A stretch of 64,000 nt of DNA from an uncultured Acidobacteriota bacterium (GTDB taxonomy: Bacteria > Acidobacteriota > Thermoanaerobaculia > Multivoradales > UBA5704), in NCBI GenBank assembly GCA_963718645.1, contig OY970373.1:1771730-1835729 (forward strand), read 5' to 3'. Made by a program: the position numbers and the translations under genes. Below are positions 29,348 to 38,809 of this stretch, in pieces. Within the stretch, counting starts at the first letter, position 1. Each line of letters opens with the position of its first letter. Under the pieces are notes generated by a model that saw only the letters and a list, made by a program, of their open reading frames with translations, made no database searches and was not told the origin of the DNA.

Positions 29348-31780
29348 ATGGAGCCCCGCATGCCCCGCCTCGCCGACGTCGCCCTCCCGCTCCCGCTGCC
29401 GGACCCCCTCACCTATGAGGTCCCGGCCGCCTGGGACGCGCAGGCCGTTCCCGGCGTGCGCGCGCGGGTGCTCATCGGCCGGCGGCGGCTGACCGGGCTG
29501 ATCGTCAAGGTCCACGAGGAGCGTCCGGAGGGGGTGACCCTGCGGCCGATCGTCGAAATCCTCGACCGCGAGCCGGTGGTCACGCCGGACCTCCTCGAGC
29601 TCGCCCGCTTCACCGCCGACTACTACATGGCCCCGCTCGGCGAAGTGGTCCGCTCGATGCTGCCAGGCGACCTGCCCCCCTGGGGGGACCGCAAGGTCTG
29701 GCTCAACGACCGCGGCGCCCTCGCCGCGCCGCGCGGGGAGTCCGAGGCGGCCGTGATCGCCGCCCTGCGCGAGGGGGGGCGGATGACCGTGGCCGAGCTG
29801 CAATCCAAGGTCGGCGCCCTGCCGGACTTCGACGCCACGATCGCCGCGCTCGCCGAGGGGGGGCGGATCGGCAGCGCCGAGCACCGGGCGCGGTCGGCGC
29901 GCTACATCAACGCCGTCGAGCTGGCGCCGGGAGGACTCGCGACCCATCTCGCCCTGGCGGGGAAGTCGGTCGCGGGACGCGAGGTGATTAACTATCTGGC
30001 GGCCCTCGGGCGCCCCGCCACCACGGCCGAGGTCACCGCGGCCATCGCGTGCACGCCGGCCGTGGTGCGGCGGCTGGTCTCGCTCGGCGTGCTCCGCCAG
30101 TTCACCCAGGTCGAGCGCCTCTCCCTCGACCGCCACATGATGGGCGTCCCTTCCAAACGCCCCGAGATCCTCCTGCGCGACGACCAGCAGCACGCGCTGA
30201 ACCGGCTGACCGCCGTGATCGACGCCCGCGAGCTCGCACCCTTCCTGCTCCAGGGGATGACCGGCTCCGGCAAGACCGAGGTCTACCTGCGCGCCGCCGA
30301 GGAGGCGCTCGCGCGCGGCCGGTCGACCATCCTGCTGGTGCCCGAGATCGCCCTGGTGCCGGCGCTCGCCCGCGCCGTCGAGCTCCGCTTCGGCGACCAC
30401 CTCGCCATCCTGCACTCGGGGATGGGCGTCGGCGAGCGCCACCAGGAGTGGGAGCGGGTGCGGCGCGGCGAGGCGCGCGTGGTGCTCGGCCCCCGCTCCG
30501 CCCTCTTCGCGCCGGTCGCCGACCTCGGCCTGATCGTGGTGGACGAGGAGCAGGACTCCTCCTACAAGCAGGAGCTCTCGCCGCGCTACAACGCCCGCGA
30601 CCTCGCCCTCGTCCGCGGCCGGGACGCCCGCGCCGCCACCCTCCTGGTTTCGGCCACGCCCAGCCTGGAGAGCCGCTACAACGCCGAACGGGGGAAGCTG
30701 GAGCTTCTTACGCTCAACCAGCGCGCCGGCCAGGGCACGCTCCCCGAGGGGATCCTGGTCGACCTGCGCGAGGAGGGGGTCTCGCGCCGCCCCGGCGAGG
30801 TCCACTTCTCCGAGCGCCTGCGCCTGGAGATCCGGCAGGCCCTGGCCGACGGCGACCAGGTCATCCTGCTGCGCAACCGCCGCGGCTACGCCCCCATGCT
30901 CCTCTGCCGCGCCTGCGGCGAGGATATGAGGTGCCCAGACTGCGGCCTGCCGCGCACTTATCACCGGCGCGACCGCCGGCTGGTCTGCCACTACTGCGGT
31001 TCGATGATCCCCGCCCCCAAGGTCTGCCCGGTCTGCCAGGAGGACGCGCTGGAGGCGATCGGCGCCGGCACCGAGCGGGTGGAGGACGATTTCAAGGAGC
31101 TCTTCCCGGACGTTCCCGTCGACGTCCTCGACCGCGACACGGCCCGCCGTCCTGGGGGACCGGCGGCGGTGCTGGAGCGCTTCGACCGCGGCGAGGTGAA
31201 GGTGCTGATCGGCACCCAGATGGTCTCGAAGGGGCACCACTTCCCGAACGTCGCCCTGACCGCCGTGCTGGCGGCGGACGCCTACCTGAGCTTCCCCGAC
31301 TTCCGAGCCGTCGAGCGCACCTACAACTTGCTCGTGCAGGTGGCCGGCCGGGCGGGGAGGGGAGAGCGCCCCGGCCGGGTGGTGATCCAGACCTACCATC
31401 CCGACCACTACGCCATCCAGGCCGCCCTGCACGGCGACGACGAAGGCTTCGCCCGCGAGGAGATGCGCTTCCGCCGCGTCTTCCACTACCCCCCGTTCAC
31501 CCGCATGGTGCAGCTCCTCGTCCGCGACAAGAACCGCGACCGCGCCTGGACGCTCATCTCCCAGCTCGCCGCCGACCTCGCCGCCCACCCCTTCGCCCGC
31601 GCCGCCCGCCTCTCCGGCCCCGCCCCCGCCCCCCTGGAGCGCCTGCGCGGCGAATGGCGCTTCCAACTCCTCATCCGCTCCGCCGACGGCCGCGGCCTCC
31701 ACCGCATGCTCGAAGAGGTTCTGCCGAAGAATCCCGGGTACGACCTGGTGATCGACGTCGATCCGCAGCAGTTGCTCTGA
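29348..31780 (+). CDS. priA: Primosomal protein N'
   Basis: GMTGSGKTEVY, DEEQD, SATPS, four CxxC, GTERVE, GTQMVSKG, QVAGRAGR. Confidence 0.97.
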   Translation: MEPRMPRLADVALPLPLPDPLTYEVPAAWDAQAVPGVRARVLIGRRRLTGLIVKVHEERPEGVTLRPIVEILDREPVVTPDLLELARFTADYYMAPLGEVVRSMLPGDLPPWGDRKVWLNDRGALAAPRGESEAAVIAALREGGRMTVAELQSKVGALPDFDATIAALAEGGRIGSAEHRARSARYINAVELAPGGLATHLALAGKSVAGREVINYLAALGRPATTAEVTAAIACTPAVVRRLVSLGVLRQFTQVERLSLDRHMMGVPSKRPEILLRDDQQHALNRLTAVIDARELAPFLLQGMTGSGKTEVYLRAAEEALARGRSTILLVPEIALVPALARAVELRFGDHLAILHSGMGVGERHQEWERVRRGEARVVLGPRSALFAPVADLGLIVVDEEQDSSYKQELSPRYNARDLALVRGRDARAATLLVSATPSLESRYNAERGKLELLTLNQRAGQGTLPEGILVDLREEGVSRRPGEVHFSERLRLEIRQALADGDQVILLRNRRGYAPMLLCRACGEDMRCPDCGLPRTYHRRDRRLVCHYCGSMIPAPKVCPVCQEDALEAIGAGTERVEDDFKELFPDVPVDVLDRDTARRPGGPAAVLERFDRGEVKVLIGTQMVSKGHHFPNVALTAVLAADAYLSFPDFRAVERTYNLLVQVAGRAGRGERPGRVVIQTYHPDHYAIQAALHGDDEGFAREEMRFRRVFHYPPFTRMVQLLVRDKNRDRAWTLISQLAADLAAHPFARAARLSGPAPAPLERLRGEWRFQLLIRSADGRGLHRMLEEVLPKNPGYDLVIDVDPQQLL

Positions 31781-31812
31781 GGCGTCACCGGCCTTCCGGT
31801 CCGAACGGCTTT

Positions 31813-32032
31813 CCGGGCTGAAAGCCCGGGCTTCCTCAGCCCAGGGCACCGCCCTGGGTTGGCGGTTCGGCCATACCCTGCGCCCTGAAAGGGCGCGATA
31901 ACCAACGCGAGATCCATCATTACCACCGACGCTACGGTCGATATCGCAGCCCTTCAGGCCGCCAAATCCACCGGCGATTCTCCTGACCCAGGGCGATGCC
32001 CTGGGCTCAATAATCCCGGGCCTTCAGCCCGG
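31813..32032. repeat. REP cluster (BIME/REPIN-like), left copy
   Basis: GGGCTGAAAGCCC, CCCAGGGCACCGCCCTGGG, GCCCTGAAAGGGC, CCCAGGGCGATGCCCTGGG hairpins. Confidence 0.85.
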
Positions 32033-32076
32033 TAAGACGGCCCGCTGGAGAGAACTGGTACAGTAGACAGCCTCCT

Positions 32077-35000
32077 ATGAATCTGCGCTACGACGTCTTC
32101 CTCAGCCACAGCAGCGCGGACAAGTCCGCGGTGGAGGCATTGGCGCGGAAGCTCCGAAAGGCAGGGATTGCGCCCTTCCTCGACAAGTGGGATCTCATTC
32201 CTGGGAGACTCTGGCAGCCCGATTTAGAGGAGGGTCTTCGGAATAGCCGTTCCTGCATTATCTTCGTGGGCTCAGAAGGGATCGGCCCCTGGCATTCTCA
32301 GGAGGTGCAACTCGCCCTGAACAGAGGCTCCCAAGATCCTGACTTTCCCGTCATCCCCGTCCTCCTTCCCAGCTTTAAAAAGCCCACTGATATTCCGGGC
32401 TTCCTGGCTTTGCGAACCTGGGTTGAATTCTTTTCCCTGGAAGACGAGGACGCCTTTCATCGTCTCGTCAGCGGGATTCAAGGAAAAGCACCCGGCCCGG
32501 GAAGAGAAGGATCTACGAAGCGTCCTCTTCCCTATCGCTGTATGGCCCAACCTCCCGACGAATGGGTTCACCGCCGCGAATACGACGAAGTTCTCGAAGC
32601 TCTCTGTCCCGAGGGCGGCCTTCCGGCTGGCGAGTCGGTCGGAATCACGACGGCATTACGAGGCGCCGGGGGATTCGGAAAGACCGCCCTTGCCCAAGAG
32701 CTCTGCTTTGACCCTCGGGTCCGGGAAGCCTATCCGGATGGCATTCTCTGGGTGACGATGGGGGAGGATCTCACCGAGGCCGGAAGACTCTCGCGAATTC
32801 GGGACCTCATTCGAGGATGGACCGAGAAAGAAGCTCCCGCTTTTGAGACCGTCGATGGTGCCGCCGCTACTTTGCGAAAGCTCCTTGCCGGCCTCAGAGT
32901 CCTTCTCGTCATTGACGACGCCTGGAGTTCCCTGGACGTCAATCCTCTCAAAGGGCTTGACAGTGGTTCGGCTCTCCTGATTACGACCCGGATCGCGCAT
33001 GTCCTTCCAGAGAAATCCCTCTCCGTTTCCGTTGACTCCATGGCCTCCTCCGAGGCCGTCGCGCTTCTGGGTCTGGGTTTGCCGAGTAGCGACCCGTCTC
33101 CGAGGGAAATCAAGGAGCTGGCAACTCGTCTCGGAGAGTGGGCTCTCCTTTTACGACTGGTGAATGGAACCCTGAAGGATCTCGTAAAGCGCGGTCTCTC
33201 TGTCCAAGAAGCGATTCAGCGGGCCAACGAGGACCTCGATGCGGAAGGATTCTCGGCCTTCGACCAGAATGATCCGGATTCCCGGCATGCCGCGGCGGCG
33301 AGAGCTCTTCTCGTCAGCGTCAAATATCTCTCTGAAGCCGACCGGAATCTGTTCTTCGAGCTCGCCATCTTTCCCGAGGACGAAGACATTCCTATCTCGG
33401 TTCTCAGCCGGTATTGGAGCCTGAACCCTTCGAGGATCCGAAAGCTCTTCGGCACGCTCAACGACCTTTCGCTCTTGAGAGAGCTGGATCCGAAAGAGGA
33501 ATCCATTCGGCTGCACGACGTCACTCGAAAGATCCTCCAGGAGCAGAAAGCCGAAGCGCTTCCCGTGCTTCACAGCCGGTTCTTGGAGGCTTGCCGCCCT
33601 GAGAGTGGCAAATGGGAGGATCTTTCAGTGGGGGAGTCGTATCTCTGGCGTCGATTGAGGGACCATTTCACAGGTGCCGAGCGCCAGCCCGAATTCAAAG
33701 CGCTCCTCGGGAGTTTTTCCTTCATCGAAGCCAAGCTCATGGCGACTGACGTCAACTCGTTGATCGCCGATTATGAGACTTTCGTCGCAGAGAGCCCGGA
33801 GCTCCGGCTGATTCGGGATGCGCTTCGGCTTTCCGCTCATGTACTCTCCAAAGACCGAAAGCAACTCGCGTCTCAACTCCTTGGTCGTCTTCTGGGCCGG
33901 AAAGAGCCGAGTCTTCTTGCGATGATGGACGGAGCGAGAACTTGGCTGGTAAAACCTTGGCTTCGTCCGAAAACAGGTTGCTTGACGCAGGCCGGCGGTG
34001 CTTTAATTCGCACCCTAGAAGGAAACGCTGATTGGGTCGAGATGGTGACGGTGACGGGCGACCGGCGCGCCGTCGCAGTCTCCTCCGATGGGACACTTCA
34101 GGTGTGGGATCTGGAGAGCGGACAGGCCCTCCACGTACTCGAAGGACAGACGGGTCATGTCACCGCGGTGGCTTTGGTAGACGGCCGGCGCGCCGTCTCT
34201 AACTCCTTTGGCGGAACCTTCCGGATGTGGGACTTGGAGAGCGGACAGACTCTCCAAACTTTCGTAGGACACACGAGTTTGGTCACCGCGCTGGTGGTGG
34301 ACGGCCGGCGCGTCGTCTCCGGCTCCTCCGATGGGATGCTTCGGGTATGGGACCTGGAGAGCGCACAGACCCTTCAAACACTCGAAGGACACACAGGTGG
34401 GGTTAGAGAGGTGGCGGTGGTTGACGGCCGGCGCATCATCTCCGGCTCCAACGACGGGACGCTTCGGGTGTGGGACCTGGAGAGCGGAATGTCACTCCAA
34501 ACCCTCGAAGGACACAAGGAGAGGGTCCACGCTGTGGCGGTGGTAGACAGCTCTCGTGCCATCTCCGGCTCCTACGACGGGACGCTTCGGGTGTGGGATC
34601 TGGAGAACGGTAAAACCCTTCAAATTCTTCAAGGGCGGGGTTGGGTGACGGCAGTAGCGGTGGTAGACGACCGGCGCGTCATCTCCGGCTCCTCGGACAG
34701 GACGCTTCGGATGTGGGACCTTGAGAGCGGGCAGACCCTCCGAACCCTCGAAGGACTCAGGTATTCGGTCACAGCTATGGCTGTAGTTAATGGCCGACGC
34801 ATCGTTTCCGGCTTCGAGCACGGGCCCCTTCAAGTGTGGGACTTAGAAGGTGGACAGATTCTCCAAATCCTTGAGGGACACACCGATCGGGTCACCGAGG
34901 TAGCGGTGGTGGACAGCCGGTGCGCCGTCTCCGGCTCCTACGATGGGACGCTTCGGGTGTGGAACCTGGAGAGCGGAAAGACCCTCCAAACCCTCGAAGG

Positions 35001-35850
35001 ACACATGGATAGGGTCAACGTTGTGGCCGTGGTGGACGGCTGGCGCGCCGTCTCCGGCTCCAACGACGGGACGCTTCGGGTGTGGGACCTGGAGAGCGGA
35101 AAGACCCTCCAAACCCTTGAAGGACACACAGAGTGGGTCACCGCGGTGGCCGTGATAGACAGCCAGCGCGCTGTCTCCGGCTCCTCCGATGGGACGCTTC
35201 GGGTGTGGGACCTGGAGAGCGGAAAGACTCTCCAAACCCTTGAAGGACACACAAAGTGGGTCACCGCGGTGGCGGTGGTGAATGGCCGGCGCGCCGTCTC
35301 CGGCTCCTTCGATGGGACGCTTCGGGTATGGGACCTGGAGAGCGGAAAGACCCTCCAAACTCTCAAAGGACACTGCCATCGTGTCATCGCGGTTGCGGTG
35401 GTGGACAGCCGGCGCGTTGTCTCCGCCTCCGAAGACAGGACGCTTCGAGTGTGGGACCTTGAGAGCGGACAGACCCTTCAAGCCTTCGAAGAACAAACGA
35501 ATTGGGTCACCGCGGTTGCGGCGGTGGACGGCCGGCGTGCCGTATCTGACTCCGACGGCGGGATGCTTCGGGTGTGGGACCTTGAGAGCGGACAGACCCT
35601 CCAAGTCCTAGAAGGACACACAGCTCGGGTCAATGCAGTGGCGATGGTGGACTGCCGGCACCTCGTCTCCGCCTCTGAGGATGGGACGCTTCGGATATGG
35701 GACCTGGAGACCGGCGAAGGGGTCGCAGTGATGACTTTGGAGGCTCCAGTCTTAGCCTTCGCCACCTCCCCCGGCGGAAAAATTGTTGTGGCTGGGGATG
35801 AATCGGGGAAGGTTCATTTCTTCGATCTGGTGAAACCGGAGCCTGCGTAG
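32077..35850 (+). CDS. TIR - NB-ARC (Apaf-1-like STAND) - WD40 protein
   Basis: YDVFLSHSSADK...GPWHSQE; GAGGFGKT; LLVIDDAW; LLITTR; RLHD; 14 conserved plus 1 degenerate WD40 repeats. Confidence 0.92.
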   Translation: MNLRYDVFLSHSSADKSAVEALARKLRKAGIAPFLDKWDLIPGRLWQPDLEEGLRNSRSCIIFVGSEGIGPWHSQEVQLALNRGSQDPDFPVIPVLLPSFKKPTDIPGFLALRTWVEFFSLEDEDAFHRLVSGIQGKAPGPGREGSTKRPLPYRCMAQPPDEWVHRREYDEVLEALCPEGGLPAGESVGITTALRGAGGFGKTALAQELCFDPRVREAYPDGILWVTMGEDLTEAGRLSRIRDLIRGWTEKEAPAFETVDGAAATLRKLLAGLRVLLVIDDAWSSLDVNPLKGLDSGSALLITTRIAHVLPEKSLSVSVDSMASSEAVALLGLGLPSSDPSPREIKELATRLGEWALLLRLVNGTLKDLVKRGLSVQEAIQRANEDLDAEGFSAFDQNDPDSRHAAAARALLVSVKYLSEADRNLFFELAIFPEDEDIPISVLSRYWSLNPSRIRKLFGTLNDLSLLRELDPKEESIRLHDVTRKILQEQKAEALPVLHSRFLEACRPESGKWEDLSVGESYLWRRLRDHFTGAERQPEFKALLGSFSFIEAKLMATDVNSLIADYETFVAESPELRLIRDALRLSAHVLSKDRKQLASQLLGRLLGRKEPSLLAMMDGARTWLVKPWLRPKTGCLTQAGGALIRTLEGNADWVEMVTVTGDRRAVAVSSDGTLQVWDLESGQALHVLEGQTGHVTAVALVDGRRAVSNSFGGTFRMWDLESGQTLQTFVGHTSLVTALVVDGRRVVSGSSDGMLRVWDLESAQTLQTLEGHTGGVREVAVVDGRRIISGSNDGTLRVWDLESGMSLQTLEGHKERVHAVAVVDSSRAISGSYDGTLRVWDLENGKTLQILQGRGWVTAVAVVDDRRVISGSSDRTLRMWDLESGQTLRTLEGLRYSVTAMAVVNGRRIVSGFEHGPLQVWDLEGGQILQILEGHTDRVTEVAVVDSRCAVSGSYDGTLRVWNLESGKTLQTLEGHMDRVNVVAVVDGWRAVSGSNDGTLRVWDLESGKTLQTLEGHTEWVTAVAVIDSQRAVSGSSDGTLRVWDLESGKTLQTLEGHTKWVTAVAVVNGRRAVSGSFDGTLRVWDLESGKTLQTLKGHCHRVIAVAVVDSRRVVSASEDRTLRVWDLESGQTLQAFEEQTNWVTAVAAVDGRRAVSDSDGGMLRVWDLESGQTLQVLEGHTARVNAVAMVDCRHLVSASEDGTLRIWDLETGEGVAVMTLEAPVLAFATSPGGKIVVAGDESGKVHFFDLVKPEPA

Positions 35851-35902
35851 ACCTCGAGTGGCCGCGAGTCCACCGGACTTGAAGACGCTGTAGACTGAAG
35901 AC

Positions 35903-36235
35903 ATGGCAGATACCCCATCCCTCCCGAGACTGGATCGCACCTCTTTCTCGATCCGTGGCCTCTATGAGGAGAGCGACGAGCCAGGCTATTGGGCGAAGAA
36001 GACACCCCAGGAGCGCCTGGAATCTCTGGAGCAGATGAGGCAGATCCTCTATGGGTACGATCCGGCTACCGGCCGACTTCAGAGAGTTCTTACAGTTACG
36101 AGTCTGCGCCTCGTCGCGCCGCTCTTCCAACGTCGATCGCTTTACCGGGCTGAAGGCCCGGGCTTCCTCAGCCCAAGGCATCGCCCTGGGTTAGCCGGTT
36201 GGCCTACACCCCTGCGCCCTGAAGGGGCGCGATAA
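35903..36235 (+). CDS. Small hypothetical protein, possibly antitoxin-like; 3' end runs into the REP cluster
   Basis: YWAKKTPQERLESLEQMRQ...RLQRV motif; the last ~30 aa are translated REP sequence. Confidence 0.55.
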   Translation: MADTPSLPRLDRTSFSIRGLYEESDEPGYWAKKTPQERLESLEQMRQILYGYDPATGRLQRVLTVTSLRLVAPLFQRRSLYRAEGPGFLSPRHRPGLAGWPTPLRPEGAR

Positions 36236-36436
36236 CCGGCGCGAGATCCACCACCGACGCCGACGCCGCGTTCGTTATCGCGGCCTTTCAGGCCGCAAAA
36301 TTATTTGTCGATGTCCCTGACCCAGGGCGATGCCCTGGGCTGAGGAAGCGCGGCCTTTCAGGCCGCAAAATCAACCGGCGATGCCCTTGACCCAGGGTGG
36401 TGCCCTGGGCTGAACCATCGCGGCCTTTCAGGCCGC
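36145..36436. repeat. REP cluster (BIME/REPIN-like), right copy
   Basis: Colinear with 31813-32010 over about 190 bp, plus an extra tandem unit. Confidence 0.85.
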
Positions 36437-36511
36437 CGCCGAAATCGAACGCCAATTCCCCGCGATGTTCTCTTAGACTTCTCCGTAAATCTTCTGACCC
36501 AAGGAGAGCCC

Positions 36512-37264
36512 ATGCCCAAATTGTCCTTCGCCGAGACCGTCGCCCAGCTTCAGGACACCGTCTCCGCCGTGCGGTCCAACGCCGCGATCCTTCCTCCGTT
36601 TCTCCAGCAGGGCGCCGACGAGATCGAGGCGCAGATCGCCGAGATCAAGGAGCTCAAACGCCTCCAGCGCGCCTATGCCGCGGAGCTCGAGGAGACGGCC
36701 GAGGCCAAGCAGGCCGCGATCGTCCGCGGGACGGAGGCGGCGAGGTACATGCGGACGGTGATCAAGTACCTGTATGGACGGAAGGACGCCCGGATCGTCC
36801 GGTTCGGAATCCGGCTTCGCCGCCGTCCGAGACGCAAGGCTGAGGCCGAGCTCCCGGCCGTTCCATCCTCGGCGGCGAAGGCGCAGGCCGAGGTCGCGGA
36901 CCGGCGCGACGGGAGCCCGGCCGCCGAGGTGCCGGCCGGGATCATGGGCATTCCGGCACACCTGGGCGAGGAGCCCGCCGCGAGCGCGCGGACCGGGAGC
37001 CGAACGGTTCATACCGCGAGGGCGGAGTGCGCGGCGACTGGGGCGGAGAGTCAGGCGATTGGGGCGGAGGGTCAGGCGGATGGGGGAGCGTCCCGGGGAA
37101 TGGGGGAAGAGACGGGACCGATCGGGCGAGCTCCCAGGCGGTTGGGGCAACGCTCGCGGCGATTGGGGCGGTCGCCGGATCGATTGGGGCCGCGGCGTCT
37201 CAAAAAGGGGAAGACGCCCGGCAGCTTTGGGGAAAGGCTCGGCGCGCCGGGGGAATCGACCTGA
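36512..37264 (+). CDS. Helical hypothetical protein with basic RRRPRRK patch; tail reads through a 21-nt periodic tract
   Basis: RBS AAGGAG; helical N-terminal ~110 aa ending YGRKDARIVRFGIR; Gly every 7 aa in the tail. Confidence 0.65.
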   Translation: MPKLSFAETVAQLQDTVSAVRSNAAILPPFLQQGADEIEAQIAEIKELKRLQRAYAAELEETAEAKQAAIVRGTEAARYMRTVIKYLYGRKDARIVRFGIRLRRRPRRKAEAELPAVPSSAAKAQAEVADRRDGSPAAEVPAGIMGIPAHLGEEPAASARTGSRTVHTARAECAATGAESQAIGAEGQADGGASRGMGEETGPIGRAPRRLGQRSRRLGRSPDRLGPRRLKKGKTPGSFGERLGAPGEST

Positions 37265-37277
37265 CGCCCTGAACCGA

Positions 37278-38087
37278 CTACCCCGCGGACTTCTTCAGCC
37301 GCTCCAACTCGGCGCGGAGGCGCGCGACCTCGGCCTCGGCGGCCTTGCGAGCCTTGGACTCGCGAAGCCTGGCCGCCTTTTCCTCTCTGGCCGTGAACAG
37401 CCACTCCCCAGTCTTGGCGTCGCCCACGCGAACCGTGCGTCCGTCCTGCGAGGAAGCAAAGAAAAGATTCGTGGTCTCCGAGTGGAGACGCCCTTGCGAA
37501 TCAGGCTCGATCCGCCGATACCGCCCGTCCGAGGCCAAGCGATAGCCCGTCAATAGTAGGGGATCTTCGGCGGAGAAGGAGGGATCGACCACCAGGTACT
37601 CGGGGATCCCGACTCGCTGGTAGAGCTCGACCTTCTTTTCATGGTCGTTGCGGTACATCTCGGCGTCCGAATAGGAGACGACCTCGAGGATCAGGCAGGG
37701 GCGCACGCCCTCCTCGGCGACGTTGAAGGTCGACCGCCCTTCGTCCTGACGGGCGCCCCGGACGACGGCGATATCTGGAGACGGGTTCGGCAGGCCGGGC
37801 AGGCCCCAGAAGATCTTCATGTCGAACAGGACCTGCACGTCCGGGTCGCCGTCGAAGTGGCATTCCAGCCAGCGGTTCAACGTGGTAACGATCTTGGCGT
37901 GCGGTTGACTCTGAGGAATTTCGTCTCCGAGCTCCGGGTCGAGGAGATCGTCCGGCGTCAGCGGGATCTCCTGGTCGGCGACCTCGCCGCTGGGCAGACG
38001 GACGCCCCGCCACCGCGATCCGTACCGGAAGGGATCGCGGGAGTCAGGCTCCCCGAGGGGAGGCAGCTTGCGGGCGGGCTGGGCCAT
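37278..38087 (-). CDS. Uma2/DUF820 family endonuclease
   Basis: SPDIAVV, LILEVVS, KKVELYQRVGIPEYLVVD; C-terminal AEAEVARLRAELERL. Confidence 0.88.
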   Translation of the reverse strand: MAQPARKLPPLGEPDSRDPFRYGSRWRGVRLPSGEVADQEIPLTPDDLLDPELGDEIPQSQPHAKIVTTLNRWLECHFDGDPDVQVLFDMKIFWGLPGLPNPSPDIAVVRGARQDEGRSTFNVAEEGVRPCLILEVVSYSDAEMYRNDHEKKVELYQRVGIPEYLVVDPSFSAEDPLLLTGYRLASDGRYRRIEPDSQGRLHSETTNLFFASSQDGRTVRVGDAKTGEWLFTAREEKAARLRESKARKAAEAEVARLRAELERLKKSAG

Positions 38088-38269
38088 GAAGGAAGTATAG
38101 GGAGGTCTTGCCGAGGGGGTCAAATATATCCGGAACCGGAGATTTACGGGGATCGAAGGGGGCCCGCCGCGCCTGGGCGACTGCGGGAGCCAGGCACGGG
38201 ACTTTGTCCCGCGTTTACCATTTCTTGGCACTTTACTAAGAGAAGGCAGTAACCAAGGAGGAAAATGCG

Positions 38270-38662
38270 ATGAGAAAAGTCCTGTTGGTCGGGTGCGCCG
38301 CTCTCTTCATCTCTATCGCCGGTCTGGCCCAGACGCCGAGCCCGGCCCCGCTCTCTCAGGAGGCCCTGGCGGCCATCTTAGGGCAGCCCGCCGTCACGGG
38401 TGAGTACACACCGCAAACCGAGGAACCGGCTCTCGCCGCGGCGGGGCGCCCTCTGCCGTTGAAATCCACCTGCACCGCGAGCTGCCCGTTCGGGGTCACC
38501 GTGACCTGCTCCGGCACCGGCTCGTGCTCCTCGACGGACGGCACCTCCTGCTCGGCGAAGGGAAAGGTCGTCTGCAACGGCGTTACGCACTCCTGCAACA
38601 CGTGCTACGTCTCTTGCCGCTGCTCAGGCTTCAACGACGCCTTCTGCAGGGCCAACTGCTGA
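38270..38662 (+). CDS. Secreted cysteine-rich small protein (12 Cys in the C-terminal ~64 aa)
   Basis: RBS AAGGAGG; signal peptide; spacer; TCTASC...CRANC. Confidence 0.8.
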   Translation: MRKVLLVGCAALFISIAGLAQTPSPAPLSQEALAAILGQPAVTGEYTPQTEEPALAAAGRPLPLKSTCTASCPFGVTVTCSGTGSCSSTDGTSCSAKGKVVCNGVTHSCNTCYVSCRCSGFNDAFCRANC

Positions 38663-38809
38663 CCCAGCCGCTTCGCCGCCCGGCACAGCGCTGTCCGGGC
38701 GGCTCTGTCGGCGCGCCGACAATCTCTCAAGCGATACCTCAGAGGTAATTTCTCAGCTTCGCCCCGCGTTGACCTGCGCCCCCCGGTTCATGCTAGTTTG
38801 CCGGGCGAC

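Noticed and set aside
34000-35800. DGR-type mutagenesis of WD40 repeats (AAC/TAC/TCC/TTC codon swaps)
   Set aside because: No reverse transcriptase or template repeat in the window, and changes are not limited to adenines
38220-38245. Sigma-54 site before the Cys-rich gene (TTGGCAC)
   Set aside because: No -12 GC at the required distance
38270-38662. Lanthipeptide or other RiPP precursor
   Set aside because: It has a Sec signal and no modifying enzymes nearby; a disulfide-bonded protein is the simpler reading
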